Notes: generated from the sequence alone by a model not told the origin. Shown: positions 46,869-61,101, numbered from the stretch's first letter. The stretch: DNA of 64,000 bases from Eledone cirrhosa (GCA_964016885.1 OZ024753.1:41478001-41542000), one strand, 5' to 3'. Translations and numbers: made by a program.

Positions 46869-46903
46869 TTATTTACACAGTTAATTCTTTTAATTTCTTT
46901 TAG

Positions 46904-47010
46904 GTATTGGCGCAGAACCATATCCACAATATACTTGGCTTAACAAATTTCGGCTATGTTGTGTCTTTGATCTCACTCCTGGTTGCCATAGTAATAATGG
47001 TCTCGTGCAG
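46904..47010 (+). CDS. Class B1 GPCR gene B, TM1 exon (VLAQNHIHNILGLTNFGYVVSLISLLVAIVIMVSCR)
   Basis: GYxxSLxxLxxA TM1 motif; tttag/gtgaat boundaries; phase 0 to 2. Confidence 0.93.
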
Positions 47011-47137
47011 GTGAATATAGTCCTCGTTTTGTTGTTGTTCCTGATACTTCAATAAATATTTTATGATTCTTAAGCAGTAAAACAAACCGGTGTTATCTCT
47101 CTATCTATCTCTTAATCAGCTTCGGATCTCTCCCTCC

Positions 47138-47211
<74 letters not shown>

Positions 47212-48987
47212 AGCAGCCTCGGATCTATCTCATTGCTTCAGAAACAGCTGCTGCTAGCTTTTTGTGGAAGAATTTTAGTGAAGATAATAAAAATAGAGTT
47301 TAAATATTTTGTCGAAACAATTAAACTGGTGTTTACAAATATCGACAAAAACATTCAAATCTAAAACAAGAGATGTCTTCTCTTGTGAAAATGGGTATAG
47401 CTTTCATTATGTAAAATCTCCCCATTTTGCCTCATTTCTTCCCGTTTGGGGGTACATTATTTCATGGTACTTCCCGTTTGGATTTTTAGAGGTTGGCAGG
47501 TCTGATATTCAGTTATCTTCAATCAATTCCAGGCGGAGAATTCGAAATGGAATAGAATCTTCTTATATTCTGTAACTCGTCTGAATTTATTTGACGTGAA
47601 AACATGACAAAGAACGAACCATAAGCTCTAGCCAACAAGCAACAGTAGTATTGGCTCTCAGAAAAGACCAAGAAAGTAATTTATAGAATGACACTCAGTA
47701 TAGTATTTTGTTTGTGTTATATGTTACAGACTGGGCAAAATCGAGATCAGTTTTCGTCGAGAAAATCAGATAAATATTATTAGAATAACAAATTCTCGAA
47801 TTCAGAAGATATGTAGCGTGTGTTAATAAGGAATATAGTAAAAATAAGAAATTTAAGTTACAGAAATAACGCCTTCAACATACTGCAGTCGAAACAGTTA
47901 GTTAATTGAGTTTCATTGATAACCGAAAAACAAATTAATAAAGAATAACAGAATCAGTAAAGATAAACGAACTTACTGCAACAGTATAACTTTGGAATGT
48001 TTAAAAAAACATTCATGCTTTGAACTGGTCGTAGAGATTTTTTTTTTTTTAGATGTTATCGCTAAGCGATAACAGGCACACTATCCGTGAAGAATCGTAG
48101 GTTGTATGTAATTTTAACGATTTAGAAAGTTCTGTTTTACATTATTTATGAAAGCTTCTATAGTAAGTTTGTTTCTCATTAAGACAGAATAAAATGATTT
48201 GATTGTGATATTTTATTTTAGATTTATATTCTAAGATGTGGAAGGACGTAGCCTAGTGGTATTGGTGTTTGACTTACGACCATAATCTCGTGTATTCGAT
48301 CCCTGGAGTGGGGTGCGTGTTGTGTTCTTGAATAAAACACTTCATTTCACGTTGCTCCAGTATATTCAGTAAAAATGAGTACCAGCAATAGCAGTTTTGC
48401 AATGGTATAAAGGTGTGGACACTACACCAAATCATCAGAGACTGGAAGACCTAGACAATTGTAGCGACGTTGATGGTTTAAGTATATGTTGTTTATTAAT
48501 AATAACTGGATAGTGTTTGAATTTCCTTGGTACTTGTAGTGGTTGCTATTCCGTGTTGGTGAAGGACACAGGAATGTCATGCCTCCCATTGAATGATATT
48601 TTTAAAATCTCTATTCATGAAAATAGATATGCAGGAGGCGTCTACATTAGCTTTAGATGACGGTTATAGGCGTAAACGTAAGGTTGCTATCATCTTTGTG
48701 ATTTGAAGTAACAGTGATCTGGATGTTCAATTGTTGATGTAAAAGTTAGACACATAACTGAACTTTCTTATACATTCGAGATGTTATAATGTTGAGATGA
48801 TATGGAGTGATGGAGTGATCGGGCGGCTTACGTCTCATATTAAAAGATCCGCCCAAAGAAATTACATCAAATCTGTGCCAGAGTAATGAATTGAAATCTT
48901 CTTTTAATGTAAGGGACCACAACATTGCGTTCGTCAAAATAAAATACGTTAATTCTTAACGTCCTGAATCACCTGGAATCACATTAG

Positions 48988-49555
48988 CAAAACAATACAA
49001 CCAGCAATATGACTCTACCACATTAAATATTATAGTCTTTACTCTAATACTACAAAACAATACAACCAGCAATATGACTCTACCACATTAAATATTATAG
49101 TCTTTACTCTAATACTACAAAACAATACAACCAGCAATATGACTCTACCACATTAAATATTATAGTCTTTACTCTAATACTACAAAACAGTACAACCAGC
49201 AATATGACTCTACCACATTAAATATTATAGTCTTTACTCTAATACTACAAAACAGTACAACCAGCAATATGACTGTACCACATAAGTTATAGCCCTTTCT
49301 ATTCTGAGTTCAAGTCCCGCCGAGGTTAACTTTGCCTTTCATCCTTATGGGGTCAATAAAATAAGGTACCAGTAATACACTGGTTAATTGCTGGCTTTGT
49401 GCCAAAAGTAGAAACAATAAAATATTATAGTCTTTACTCTAATACTACAAAACAATACAACCAGCAATATGACTGTACCACATTAAATATTATAGTCTTT
49501 ACTCTAATACTACAAAACAATACAACCAGCAATATGACTGTACCACATTAAATAT
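48988..49555. repeat. 65-bp tandem repeat interrupted by a SINE (about 49283-49418)
   Basis: CAAAACAATACAACCAGCAATATGACTCTACCACATTAAATATTATAGTCTTTACTCTAATACTA, about 6 copies. Confidence 0.9.
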
Positions 49556-49746
49556 CATACTACAAATTTCAATATACCTGCAGCACATAAAATATTATAT
49601 ATACTACACATTTTATACTAATACTACACATTTTATCACAATCTGTTCAGTAATTATGATAATATAAACATTTGAATTAACAAATCCGTTTTTAGACATT
49701 TACTGTTAAATCATTGCAGAATATTGATAAATGATAAATGTCTCGC

Positions 49747-49777
<31 letters not shown>

Positions 49778-49814
49778 TTTCTTTTTCTTTTTCTTTTTCT
49801 TTTTTCTTTTGCAG

Positions 49815-49977
49815 ACGATTCCATTACAAAAGTAACATTCTTCATATTAATCTGTTCCTGGCTTTTTCTTGCCGATCGTTGTTTTCCCTTCTCAGACAGA
49901 ATCTTTTCACTTATGGATTTGCCATGTCCATTGACTTTCAGAAGAAAGGAGACAAGACAATCTTCAAAGAGGGACCG
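49815..49977 (+). CDS. Class B1 GPCR gene B, ICL1-TM2-ECL1 exon (RFHYKSNILHINLFLAFSCRSLFSLLRQNLF...KEGP)
   Basis: NxxHxNLF TM2 motif; gcag/gtaaga boundaries; phase 2 to 0. Confidence 0.93.
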
Positions 49978-51498
49978 GTAAGAGAATCATAGACACCCCT
50001 ATAGAAGGGAAGATTCTTAGCACACCTGGAAATAATATTCAAGACAAAAAGTCTCACGTAAAAACATACACGTAGCTATACGTAGGAAAGCAGACACACA
50101 TACACACACACACACTCACAAACACACACATACACTCACAAACACATGCATACACTCACAAACACACACATACACTCACAAACACGCACATACACTCACA
50201 AACACGCACATACACTCACAAACACGCACATACACTCACAAACACGCACATACACTCACAAACACATACATACACTCACAAACACACATATACACTCACA
50301 AACACATGCATAGGTATATGCATACAGAAACATACACACACATACAGTCATACATACAAACATACATATATATATACACATACACACACGTACATACATA
50401 CATACATACATACATACATACATACATACATACATACATACATACACACACGTGTTGTTGGAACTCCGTCGGTTCCAACGAAGAGTCCTCCAGTTCTTTG
50501 TCCAACAGAACAGTTTTACTCGTGAAATTAACATGCAAGTGGCTGAGCATTCCACAGACACATGAGCTTTTAATATAGTTCTCAGGGAGATTCAGCGTGA
50601 CACAATGTGGAACAAGGCCTCCCCTTTAAAATACAAGGTACAAACTATTTTTGCCAGCTGAGTGACCTGGAGCAAAAGTGTCTTGCTTCCCTGGGAATTG
50701 AACTTACGGCCTTACGATTATGTGTATGTCGATGTAGGAAGTTATATTAAATCCTCTTATCTCTGTAAGAAATGATATAAATAATGTGTTTGAAATAATT
50801 CAGTTAAATAATTCCCCACCAACTTTATTTCCCAGGCAACGCCGGGTAACCATCTCGTATCTTTAGTTGTCCTCTCTTCTCTCCTTATCTTATTACCTTC
50901 CCCCACCCATTTCCCAGTATTTTCTAATTCGTTAACGTCTGTCGTCTTTGATTCTCTCTTCGTCTCGGCCTTTGCTCTCCTCTCTTGCATATGCTACCAT
51001 GTGTTACCCCTTCCTGCTTCACCATTATCTATCTATCTATCTATCTATCTATATCTATCTTTCTATCTATCTATCTATCTATCTCTTCCTCTATATTTCT
51101 CTCTTTCCCTCTATCTGTACACACACATGCGCGCACGTTCTCACACACACACACACACATATATGTGTGTGTGTGTGTAACGGCCGATGTCCATGGAGCT
51201 CTCTGTATCCTTCGTTTGTATTGTTGCTTTGACGCATAGAGTTACGGCCCTTGCCATTCTGAGTTCAAATCCCGTTGAGGTTAACTTTGCCTTTCATCCT
51301 TACGGGGTCGAAAAAATAAAGTACCAGTAATGCTGGCTTTGTGCCAAAAGTAGAAACAATTATTTTTTGTTAAGGTTTCCCCTTAAAAAATTGTTTTTCG
51401 TTTTGTTTCGCTTCCGTTCGTTGTCCCCTCCTTTTTAATTTTCTTATATATATATATATATATATAACCGTAGAGCAAATATTATATGTACAGTTTAA

Positions 51499-51550
51499 AG
51501 TTTAAGCAAAGAATCGCTGCTTTCACCCTTTTACGGGATCTTCTGAAACT
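51499..51550 (-). ncRNA. Hammerhead-like fold with non-canonical core CAGAAGA / CUU
   Basis: Minus strand reads AGTTT CAGAAGA TCCC-gtaaaa-GGGT GAAA GCA-gcgattctt-TGC TT AAACT. Confidence 0.6.
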
Positions 51551-51726
51551 ATATATATATATATTCATGCTATATAGATATATATAGAGAGATCTTTAGA
51601 GTTTGGTATATTGCTCAAGGTTGTTGTTGGAAATATGGTCAATAATCCTGTGGGTGTCTACGAAATCAGTTGCCAGAAGTCGGAATTTTAATGTTTATTG
51701 GTGTAATAATGTTTTTTTCTTTGTAG

Positions 51727-51883
51727 CACTGGGAGTGTCGACTTCTGTTCACGCTGTTTGTCTATGGATTGTGTGCCAGTCAAGTATGGATTCTTGTGGA
51801 AGGGTTTTACCTCCAAATGCTCATACACAAAACACTCTTTACTCAACAACGTAGTGTCAAGTTTTATATCATTTTTGGATGGT
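51727..51883 (+). CDS. Class B1 GPCR gene B, TM3-ICL2-TM4 start exon (HWECRLLFTLFVYGLCASQVWILVEGFYLQMLIHK...IIFGW)
   Basis: C at the top of TM3, WILVEGxYL and GW motifs; gtag/gtaagt boundaries; phase 0 to 1. Confidence 0.95.
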
Positions 51884-51964
51884 GTAAGTATACTTCTGAG
51901 TCCAGTTAAAATCCCTTTGGGACTATATTTATAACCAAATATACTCTAATGTAATTAACTAAAA

Positions 51965-52256
51965 AAAAGAATTTTGAGGGGTTTACTAAAAATATTAAGA
52001 ATGTTATTACTAACTGTAAAATAGCCAAAGTAACATCTTTTTTTAAATAAAATTGTATTAATTAATGAAGAATTTTGAGGGCTTTACTAAAAATATTAAG
52101 AATTTCATTACTAACTGTAAAATAGCAAATTTAACATGTTTTTTTTTAATAAGATTAAATTAATTGTTGAAGAATTTTGAAGGGGTTTACTAAAAATATT
52201 CAGAATTTCATTACTAAAATAGTAAACTTAACATATGGCTTTTTCTTTTTAATAAA
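51965..52256. repeat. ~100-bp tandem repeat x3
   Basis: Recurring AAGAATTTTGAGG..TTTACTAAAAATATT. Confidence 0.75.
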
Positions 52257-52738
52257 ATCATGCTGGAAGATTTTAATTTAAATAAGTATGGAAAGGTAAA
52301 GTTGACTCTGGTGAGATTTTAACTCAGAAAGCAGAGACCCAGAATAATACCATAATTATTCTATCTGATGTTCTAACGACTCTGCCAATTCACCGCCTTT
52401 CTTGTCCCATCACAGAATATATATTATAACTCCTTTTGACAGCATTTTGCAGACAGCCTGCTTGTTCAGACAATTAAAATCGGAATTACAAGTCTTTTGA
52501 AATAATATTCCACTTATCTCTAGTTGGTAATTGTATTGAATACTGGTTATGGAGGGTATTGATCGTGATTATATTGATTTCTGGTTGAGGATGATATTGA
52601 TTTAGATATTGATGTGATTCTTATTGAAATTCTAGAACTCTGTGTCTGTGTAGGTGTAGGTGTGTGTGTACATAAATATATGTATATATATAAATGTATA
52701 TGTATATATATATAGATGTATATGTATATATATAGATG

Positions 52739-52820
<82 letters not shown>

Positions 52821-52867
52821 ATGTATATATATATATATATATAGATGTATATGTATATATATAGATG

Positions 52868-52942
<75 letters not shown>

Positions 52943-53609
52943 GTGAGGTGTTTTTTACAAAATGAAAAATAACCGAGGTGTCCTACACGAGTGAAAGTAT
53001 AAAGAAAAAAAGATGAAATCGAAAATGCAACTGGATATATATATATATATATACATCTACACATACATCTACATATATATATACATACATACATACACGC
53101 ATATATAGATATATATATATATATATATATGTAAGTATGTATGTATATATATGTGTAGATATGTGTATGTGTGTAGATGTATATGTATATATATATGTGT
53201 GTATGATACATATGTATGTATTTATGAATGTATGTATATATATTTATGTGTGTGTATGTGTAAGACAGCTATATCACTCTAATAGTTCTCTTTATGTCCA
53301 CTATACTTTCTCTTCAAGTCTTTCTCTATAAAAACACATTTTACATAATCAATGTAAAAGGTCTCACAACTTTACAACTATATAGAAACCTAGCTTAGAT
53401 TTATAGTTTTATTCAGTAGAGTGATATAAAGAAAGAAATAAAGAAATATATATATATATATATATCTGTAGTTGTTATATAGTAAGGTGCATATTGGTTG
53501 TGTAAAATGGTCCAATAACTTTATGTTAGCAATATTAAGTTCTCCACGCTTTTGAATATCTCCAATTCCATTCAAGGGAACAGCTAGATGATGTAAAACG
53601 GAGTATAAG

Positions 53610-53984
53610 TATCAAAATGAAAATCTGATGGCAAGGTAAAATTCCAATCATTTAATCACGACACATGTTTCAATAAGAGATAGATCGATTGCGATCTATC
53701 TCTTATTGAAACATGTGTCGTGATTAAATGATTGGAATTTTACCTTGCCTTCGGATTTTCATTTTGATATATATATATATATATAATTGAATAGACAAGA
53801 GAGATGAACACTAATATAAACATACATGTGTTCGAATCGTAAGGACCAAATTTGCTAGGGGGAAAAAATACTAACTACAGCAATATATACTTATATTGCT
53901 GTAGTTAGTATTTTTTCACCCTAGCAAATTTGGTCCTTACGATTCGAACACATGTATGTTTATATTAGTGTTCATCTCTCTTGT
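53610..53984. mobile_element. Two adjacent near-perfect palindromes (53610-53769 and 53795-53984) separated by (TA)n
   Basis: Both have 4-nt loops; the first has the hammerhead 3' half GAAA CATGTG TC directly after its central hairpin. Confidence 0.75.
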
Positions 53985-54011
53985 AAGAGACTGCCCTGAG
54001 TTCTTAACTCA

Positions 54012-54042
<31 letters not shown>

Positions 54043-54307
54043 ACATTAACTGTTCTCCAATGTTAAGATATCTTATATCTTATGTCTATCCTATCCCACA
54101 TTTTTCTTTGCTTGTAACTTTTTTGTCTGTACTTTTTGCTTATACCTCTTATACCTTCAACCAGTGCTGCTTGTAATTCTGTTCTCTCAAGCATAACATC
54201 TTTTTAACTCCTGATTCTCCACATGATGTCTATGACACTAACAACACTTATGTATCCTAAATGTTCTAAATGACTAGGATTTTAGTCACATGTTTTGACA
54301 TTCCCTA

Positions 54308-54354
54308 TGCTCTGATGATTCCAGACTTCCCTCTGGAAGAAACAATTGTCAGTA
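54308..54354 (+). ncRNA. Minimal type I hammerhead ribozyme, apparently intact
   Basis: TGCT CTGATGA TTCCAGA-cttccc-TCTGGAA GAAA CAATTG TC AGTA: perfect 7-bp stem II, palindromic stem III ACAATTGT, GUC site at 54350. Confidence 0.85.
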
Positions 54355-54466
54355 AATAAATGTTCTAAACTAAAATTTGATTGTTTTAACACTTTATATA
54401 TATATAAGGAAAAAAGATGAAATCGAAAATGCAACTGGAGTCTTTTTAAGAATATTTATTTGGTTC

Positions 54467-54502
54467 CTTTACCGGTTTCGCAGTTCTTATGCTTTTCAAA
54501 AG
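54467..54502 (-). ncRNA. Candidate hammerhead with U3-A8 core variant
   Basis: Minus strand reads CTT TTGAAAA GCA-taagaac-TGC GAAA CCGG TA AAG; palindromic stem III ACCGGT; stem I only 3 bp. Confidence 0.5.
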
Positions 54503-55095
54503 TAGAATTGAGATGGAGGGTTTGCGGTTTTTCTCGCATCTCCAGATGCGAATCAGGTTGTACTGGGTTACATGTTATCAGGTTGTACTGGGTTACATGT
54601 TATCAGGTTGTACTGGGTTACATGCCACTACGGCGCCGCTATGACTCCCTCGGGAGCTACGTTACCAAGCATACATTAAATTATTCATCAGCATTACGTA
54701 ATACATTGTCATTACATGATAAATTTGCATTACACAATACATCATACACTGTTATTATACAATACATTAGCGTTATGAAATATATATATATCAATGTATC
54801 AGCATCTTTCAATAGATTAACATATTATAATAGATTATAATTATATAATTCAAAGAGTGGAGTTTAAAAGACGTCATGAATGTTGTCGTGTTAATAAATG
54901 GAAATTGTTTTTCACTTTGCATTGAAGCATAAAACAGAGCTATTTATCCACAAAATATTCCATTGAAATAAGAATCATGCAAATTGACATTCTTCCTGTT
55001 TACAACACTACATCTCTGTTTCATTTTAGTCGCAGAAGTTTATCTTTAAACTAACAGAAACAGTTATCTTTTAATTGCACCGAAAACACATCTTC

Positions 55096-55211
<116 letters not shown>

Positions 55212-55228
55212 CAGAGAGAGAGAGAGAT

Positions 55229-55345
<117 letters not shown>

Positions 55346-55859
55346 GAGAGAGAAAGAGACGCATACACACGCAGATACACACATAGTTACATATTTACAT
55401 ATGAAATGACATGAACATAACCCTGCAATACATATCTATCAACCTGTGGCACTGAACATACTCTATTGTTAAGATATAACGCTTTCTCATAAGTTTATCA
55501 TCCAACCTATAGCAGGGCAAAAAATCTAGTGTTACGGGTCACTAACCCAAAATCACCCGAAACCCTGAGATCGGGACGGAGTTGGTCACCCGCAAGAATG
55601 AGTCCTGCAAATGTGACTGCCCCTTTCAGTGTATTTCCCTCACCATCTTCTGGAATAAGGTCATTGTAATGTTGTCCTCAGCTCAAATCATGGGGCAACA
55701 TTCACCTCAAGTTTTGCACTTCATTAAGACTGAGCAAGTCGACATATTGGCAGAGTCGTTAGAACGTCAGATAGAATGCTTTGTTGTATTCGTTTCGGCT
55801 CCCTGCTCTCTGAACTTTAAATATATGGTAAGATCATATACATGTTAAAATCAAATATA

Positions 55860-56231
55860 CAGACCTGTCAACTCTCCCCCGTCCGACGGGGAGATCTTCC
55901 ACCCATTTTGGGGTGGGTGAGAGATGTCTTCTCTTGTGAAAATGAGTATAGCTTTCATTATGTAAAATCTCGGTGGATTGGCAGTATCGGTAGAGAGTCG
56001 GACGCCATGCTTTCCAGCACAGTTACGTCCCTTTACAATCTGAGTTCAAATCCCGCCGAGGTTGACTTTGTCTTTCATCCTTACGGGGTCGATAAAATAA
56101 AGTACCAGTAATACACTGGGTAATTGCTGGCCTTGTGCCTAACGTAGAAACAATTATGTAAAATCTCCCCGATTTGGGGGCACGTTTTTCATGGTACTCC
56201 CCGTTTGGGTTTTTAGAGGTTGGCAGGTCTG
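55860..56231. mobile_element. MITE interrupted by a SINE
   Basis: TIRs CAGACCTGTCAAC / GTTGGCAGGTCTG; an uninterrupted partial copy lies at about 47370-47504. Confidence 0.7.
55972..56152 (+). mobile_element. Full SINE copy with 15-bp target-site duplication
   Basis: ATTATGTAAAATCTC at 55957-55971 and 56153-56167. Confidence 0.88.
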
Positions 56232-56240
56232 AATATATAT

Positions 56241-56510
56241 TAAAATCACATACATGTTAAAATCACATACATGTTAAAATCACATACATGTTAAAATCAC
56301 ATACATGTTAAAATCACATACATGTTAAAATCACATACATGTTAAAATCACATACATGTTAAAATCACATACATGTTAAAATCACATACATGTTAAAATC
56401 ACATACATGTTAAAATCACATACATGTTAAAATCGCACACATGTTAAGACCATATACATGTTAATATCACACACATGTTAAGACCGTATATATGTTAATA
56501 TCACATACAT
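56241..56510. repeat. 17-bp minisatellite (TAAAATCACATACATGT)
   Basis: Direct inspection. Confidence 0.92.
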
Positions 56511-57417
56511 TATAGACAGTATAATGTAGATTGAGGCAATTGTCTCACTAAATTCACTTCAGTGATTACATTTAACCAAACCTGCTTCAACATCCGGATA
56601 TTTACTTGAAATAATTATTCCGCATTGTGTTCCGTGTTATATCGTGTGTCGTTAATTTAAATATAAGTGTGTGTGGGGGCGGGGTGTACAAAGAGAGGTA
56701 GATCGAATTACTGTTGAAATTTAACAGCAGTTAGAAGTTTGTGGGAAGGAAAGATCAGTGAAATTAAACAGAACGTACTTCTGAAAGTGTTGTAACTAGT
56801 AACCAGACTAAAGCGCTTGACTTGACTTCAATTAAGTTCCGCTCAACTAGCTTTCAACAAGAATCCTTTATCTTCAGTGTATATTTAGATTTTCAATATA
56901 ATGGCACAAACGAGGCCGGTGTTAATATAGAGATTAACTCAGCAATTGCCAGGGGTGCAAAACGCAGAAGGGTGCATCTCTAGATTGCAGTAGTATATTA
57001 GTACTCCTGGCAATTTTAAACAACTACCCGCGAACGTTGGATAGAATGATTTGTGATATTAGTTCCAGCTCTCGGCTCATTTAAGGTCGATAAAGAAAGT
57101 ACCAGTCAAATACGGGGTTCGATTCTTCCTCTATATCTCTTTCTCACTTCCATTCTTTCATTCTCTCTATCTTTCTCTGTAAGAAATCTGCTGTATTCAG
57201 ACCTGGAGAGGAGATGGGCTCCACCAGGTTTTAAAAATTGCCCCCTAGATGGTGCGTATGTCAATACAGTACCCCTATAAATCTCTCGAGGGTTATGGGT
57301 CTAAAATGAAATGTATACATTGATAGGGATAAAAACTTTTGAAATACAAGAATTAATATATAGAATCAAAATTGTACTTTTAACTGTTTATTTAATCTTT
57401 TCTGTTTCCTTTTCTAG

Positions 57418-57478
57418 GTTTTCCGTTTACGTTTCTTATTCCGTGGGTTTTTGCCCGTATTTATTATGACAACACTCT
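57418..57478 (+). CDS. Class B1 GPCR gene B, 61-nt TM4 exon (CFPFTFLIPWVFARIYYDNTL)
   Basis: Completes GWxxP...W; ctag/gtaagt boundaries; phase 1 to 2. Confidence 0.92.
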
Positions 57479-57619
57479 GTAAGTAACAGTTCATTCCTCC
57501 TTATATTCTACTGATAAACATTAAATTATTGTAAACAAACAAGATATGTTGTCGATATCTCTGACTCTAGCAAATCACTGAGAATATAAAGTTAACGGTG
57601 TGTCACAGTCACACAAACT

Positions 57620-57800
<181 letters not shown>

Positions 57801-57957
57801 AAGAAAGTGTGGTGAGAAAACATGTGGACCATAACGCACCAAAGTGTAGTAGAGTTCGTAATAGGAAAAGAGTCAGGACCCCGACAGCTGAGCTCCAGCC
57901 GTTTCGATATATATATATATACATACAGATATATATATATTTATATATATATATGCA

Positions 57958-58179
<222 letters not shown>

Positions 58180-58256
58180 CATATATATATATATACATAT
58201 ATATATATGCATATATATATATATACATATATATATATGCATATATATATATATGC

Positions 58257-58305
<49 letters not shown>

Positions 58306-58396
58306 CATATATATATATATACATATATATATATGCATATATATATATATACATATATATATATGCATATATATATATATACATATATATATATGC

Positions 58397-58431
<35 letters not shown>

Positions 58432-58442
58432 CATATATATAT

Positions 58443-58513
<71 letters not shown>

Positions 58514-59074
58514 CAGATATATATATATATATTTATATATAGAGACATACATACATACATACATACATACATACATACATGGTGGCTGCCAACTCGTTTT
58601 CGAGTACGGCCACTACTTTATATCCATGTAGGAGAACCCCTACCGATGCGCTGAACGAGTGTGACTTTTTAGTCCAGCCAGCGACTTGAAAACTCTGGTA
58701 CAAACACTACACTTGTGACAATTATTGACACATAGTGCTGGGCCCATGGTACCCTGTGACAAGTGCAGAGAGATCTCCAGATATAAAGCAATGCCTGTGC
58801 TGTGAAGCTTTTATAGTGAGCAAAGGCACTGCACAAAGCCAGTTCCACTCTCTTAACCAAGATGATATTTACCAAAAAGAAGAACAAGTCAACATCATTG
58901 GATACCATACATACATACATACATACATACATACATACATACATACATACATACATACATACATTGATAGAAATGAAGATGTTTAAAGCAGAGATCCACT
59001 GTGCACCTCCAGTATTATGTCTAATAATTTGTCTGATCCAAAAAATAATTCTTTTTCTTTCTCTCTCTTACTAG

Positions 59075-59144
59075 ATGCTGGAGTGTAAATACTCACTGGA
59101 GTTACTTATGGATTATACGTGGCCCTATCACGTTGACTATCGTT
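59075..59144 (+). CDS. Class B1 GPCR gene B, ECL2-TM5 exon (CWSVNTHWSYLWIIRGPITLTIV)
   Basis: CW and WIIRxP motifs; ctag/gtaagt boundaries; phase 2 to 0. Confidence 0.94.
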
Positions 59145-59834
59145 GTAAGTAATCTAACGTTCTTATTGCATTGAACACAAAGTTCTATTAAAGAAACAAC
59201 TCTTTACGTTCTGGGCTGTTTTTTAAATTAATTTAGAACAATTTCTCAGCCTAAATTATGTAACTGCAATGCTAGCTGTTGTGACCGGTAGATAGTATCA
59301 GCTTTGCAAAGACCAATGGACATATTGTTTCCTTGCTCCGATGTAACTAGGGTATAGAGTTACGGCCCTTTACGTTCTAAGTTCAAATCCTGCCGAGGTG
59401 TGCTTTGAATTTCACCCTTACAGGGTCGATAAAATAAAGTACCTGTAACGCATTAGGTTCGATTTCATCGACTTTCTAAATTATTAGCCTTGTGCCTGAA
59501 TCAGAAACCCATTATTATTTGTGATCGATTCTAAAAGGCGGTGGATTGGCAGTATCGGTAGAGGGTCGGACGCCATGCTTTACAGCATAGAGTTACGACC
59601 CATTATAGTTTGAGTTCAAATCCCGCCGAGGTTAACTTTGCCTTTCATCCTTACGGGGTCGATAAAATAAAGTACCAGTCACGCACTGGTGGTGGGGGGT
59701 CGATTTAATCGACTTCCCCTTCTCCCCCCCACCCTCCCCCACCCCCACCCCCACCCCAATTGCTGACCTTGTGCCTATATAAGAAACCATTATTTTGTCA
59801 TCGATTCTATAAATTTATTTATTGTTTTATCCAG

Positions 59835-59914
59835 ATCAATTTTCTGTTTTTCCTTGACAACATTCGGGTTTTACGAGAAAGGACGCGAGCCCGCGGCAAT
59901 AGTCGCACCTTTAG
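59835..59914 (+). CDS. Class B1 GPCR gene B, TM5-ICL3 exon (INFLFFLDNIRVLRERTRARGNSRTFR); gene continues beyond the window
   Basis: NFxxFxxxxRVL motif; ccag/gtaaat boundaries; phase 0 to 2. Confidence 0.9.
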
Positions 59915-60450
59915 GTAAATGTAAGTAATTCCTTTCATATTAATTACGTGTTTGTCATTATAATTACCATCATCATCAGCAGCAGGATCATAATTAACAG
60001 AAACTTTAGAGTGACGGGGGATTGGTAGTAATCAGTAGATCGTCAGAGAACATGCTTTGTGGCCGAGAGTTACGGCCCTTTACGGTCTGAGTTCAAATCC
60101 CGCCGAGGTTAAATTTGCCTTACATCCTTACGGGGTCGATAAAATAAGGTACCAGTAATGTACTGGGATCAATTTAATCGACTTTCTTCCCACCCACCCC
60201 TAGCCCCGAATTACTGGCCTATACTAGAAATCATTATAATTACCATCATCATCAGCAGCATCATAATTAACAGAAACTTTAGAGTAGAGGTAGATTGGCA
60301 GTAATCGGTAGTGTCCGACAACATGCTTTGTAGCTTAGAGTTACGGCCCTTTGCGTTTTCATTTCAAATCTTGCCGAGGTTAGCTTAGCTTTTCATCCTT
60401 ACGGGGTCGATGACATAAAGTACATCTCATTCCGTCCACCTCCCCCCCCC

Positions 60451-60556
<106 letters not shown>

Positions 60557-60594
60557 TGAATCATGTGTATATGTGTATGTATATATATATATAT

Positions 60595-60807
60595 ATAGGA
60601 AAAAGTATGACCCCGACGGCAGAGCTCAAGCCGTTTCAACGGCTATTTCTGAAGTCCAGAGAATCCAGAGAGTCCAGAAATAGCCGTCGAAACGGCTTGA
60701 GCTCTGCCGTCGGGGTCATACTTTTTCCTATTTCCCACTCTTCTACCCTAAGTATTGAGTACTCTGGTGCGTTATGGTCCATCTGGTTCCTTACCACAAT
60801 TCCTTTG

Positions 60808-60810
<3 letters not shown>
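60595..60810 (+). mobile_element. Fold-back element of the GACCCCGACGG family
   Basis: Palindrome 60595-60731 containing GAAA CGGC-ttgagctct-GCCG TC GGGGTC; flanked by (TA)n. Confidence 0.75.
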
Positions 60811-60863
<53 letters not shown>

Positions 60864-60953
60864 TGTATATATATAGAGAGAGAGAGACATATATACTGTA
60901 TATATATATATACTGTGTGTATATATATATATATATGTGTGTATATATATATA

Positions 60954-61101
<148 letters not shown>

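Noticed and set aside
56840-56882. Minus-strand CTGAAGA...GAAA GCTAGTT
   Set aside because: Stem II has several mismatches and there is no stem I; too decayed to call.
58580-58908. Possible non-LTR retrotransposon C-terminal fragment between (CATA)n runs
   Set aside because: Only faint similarity across frameshifts; needs a translated search.
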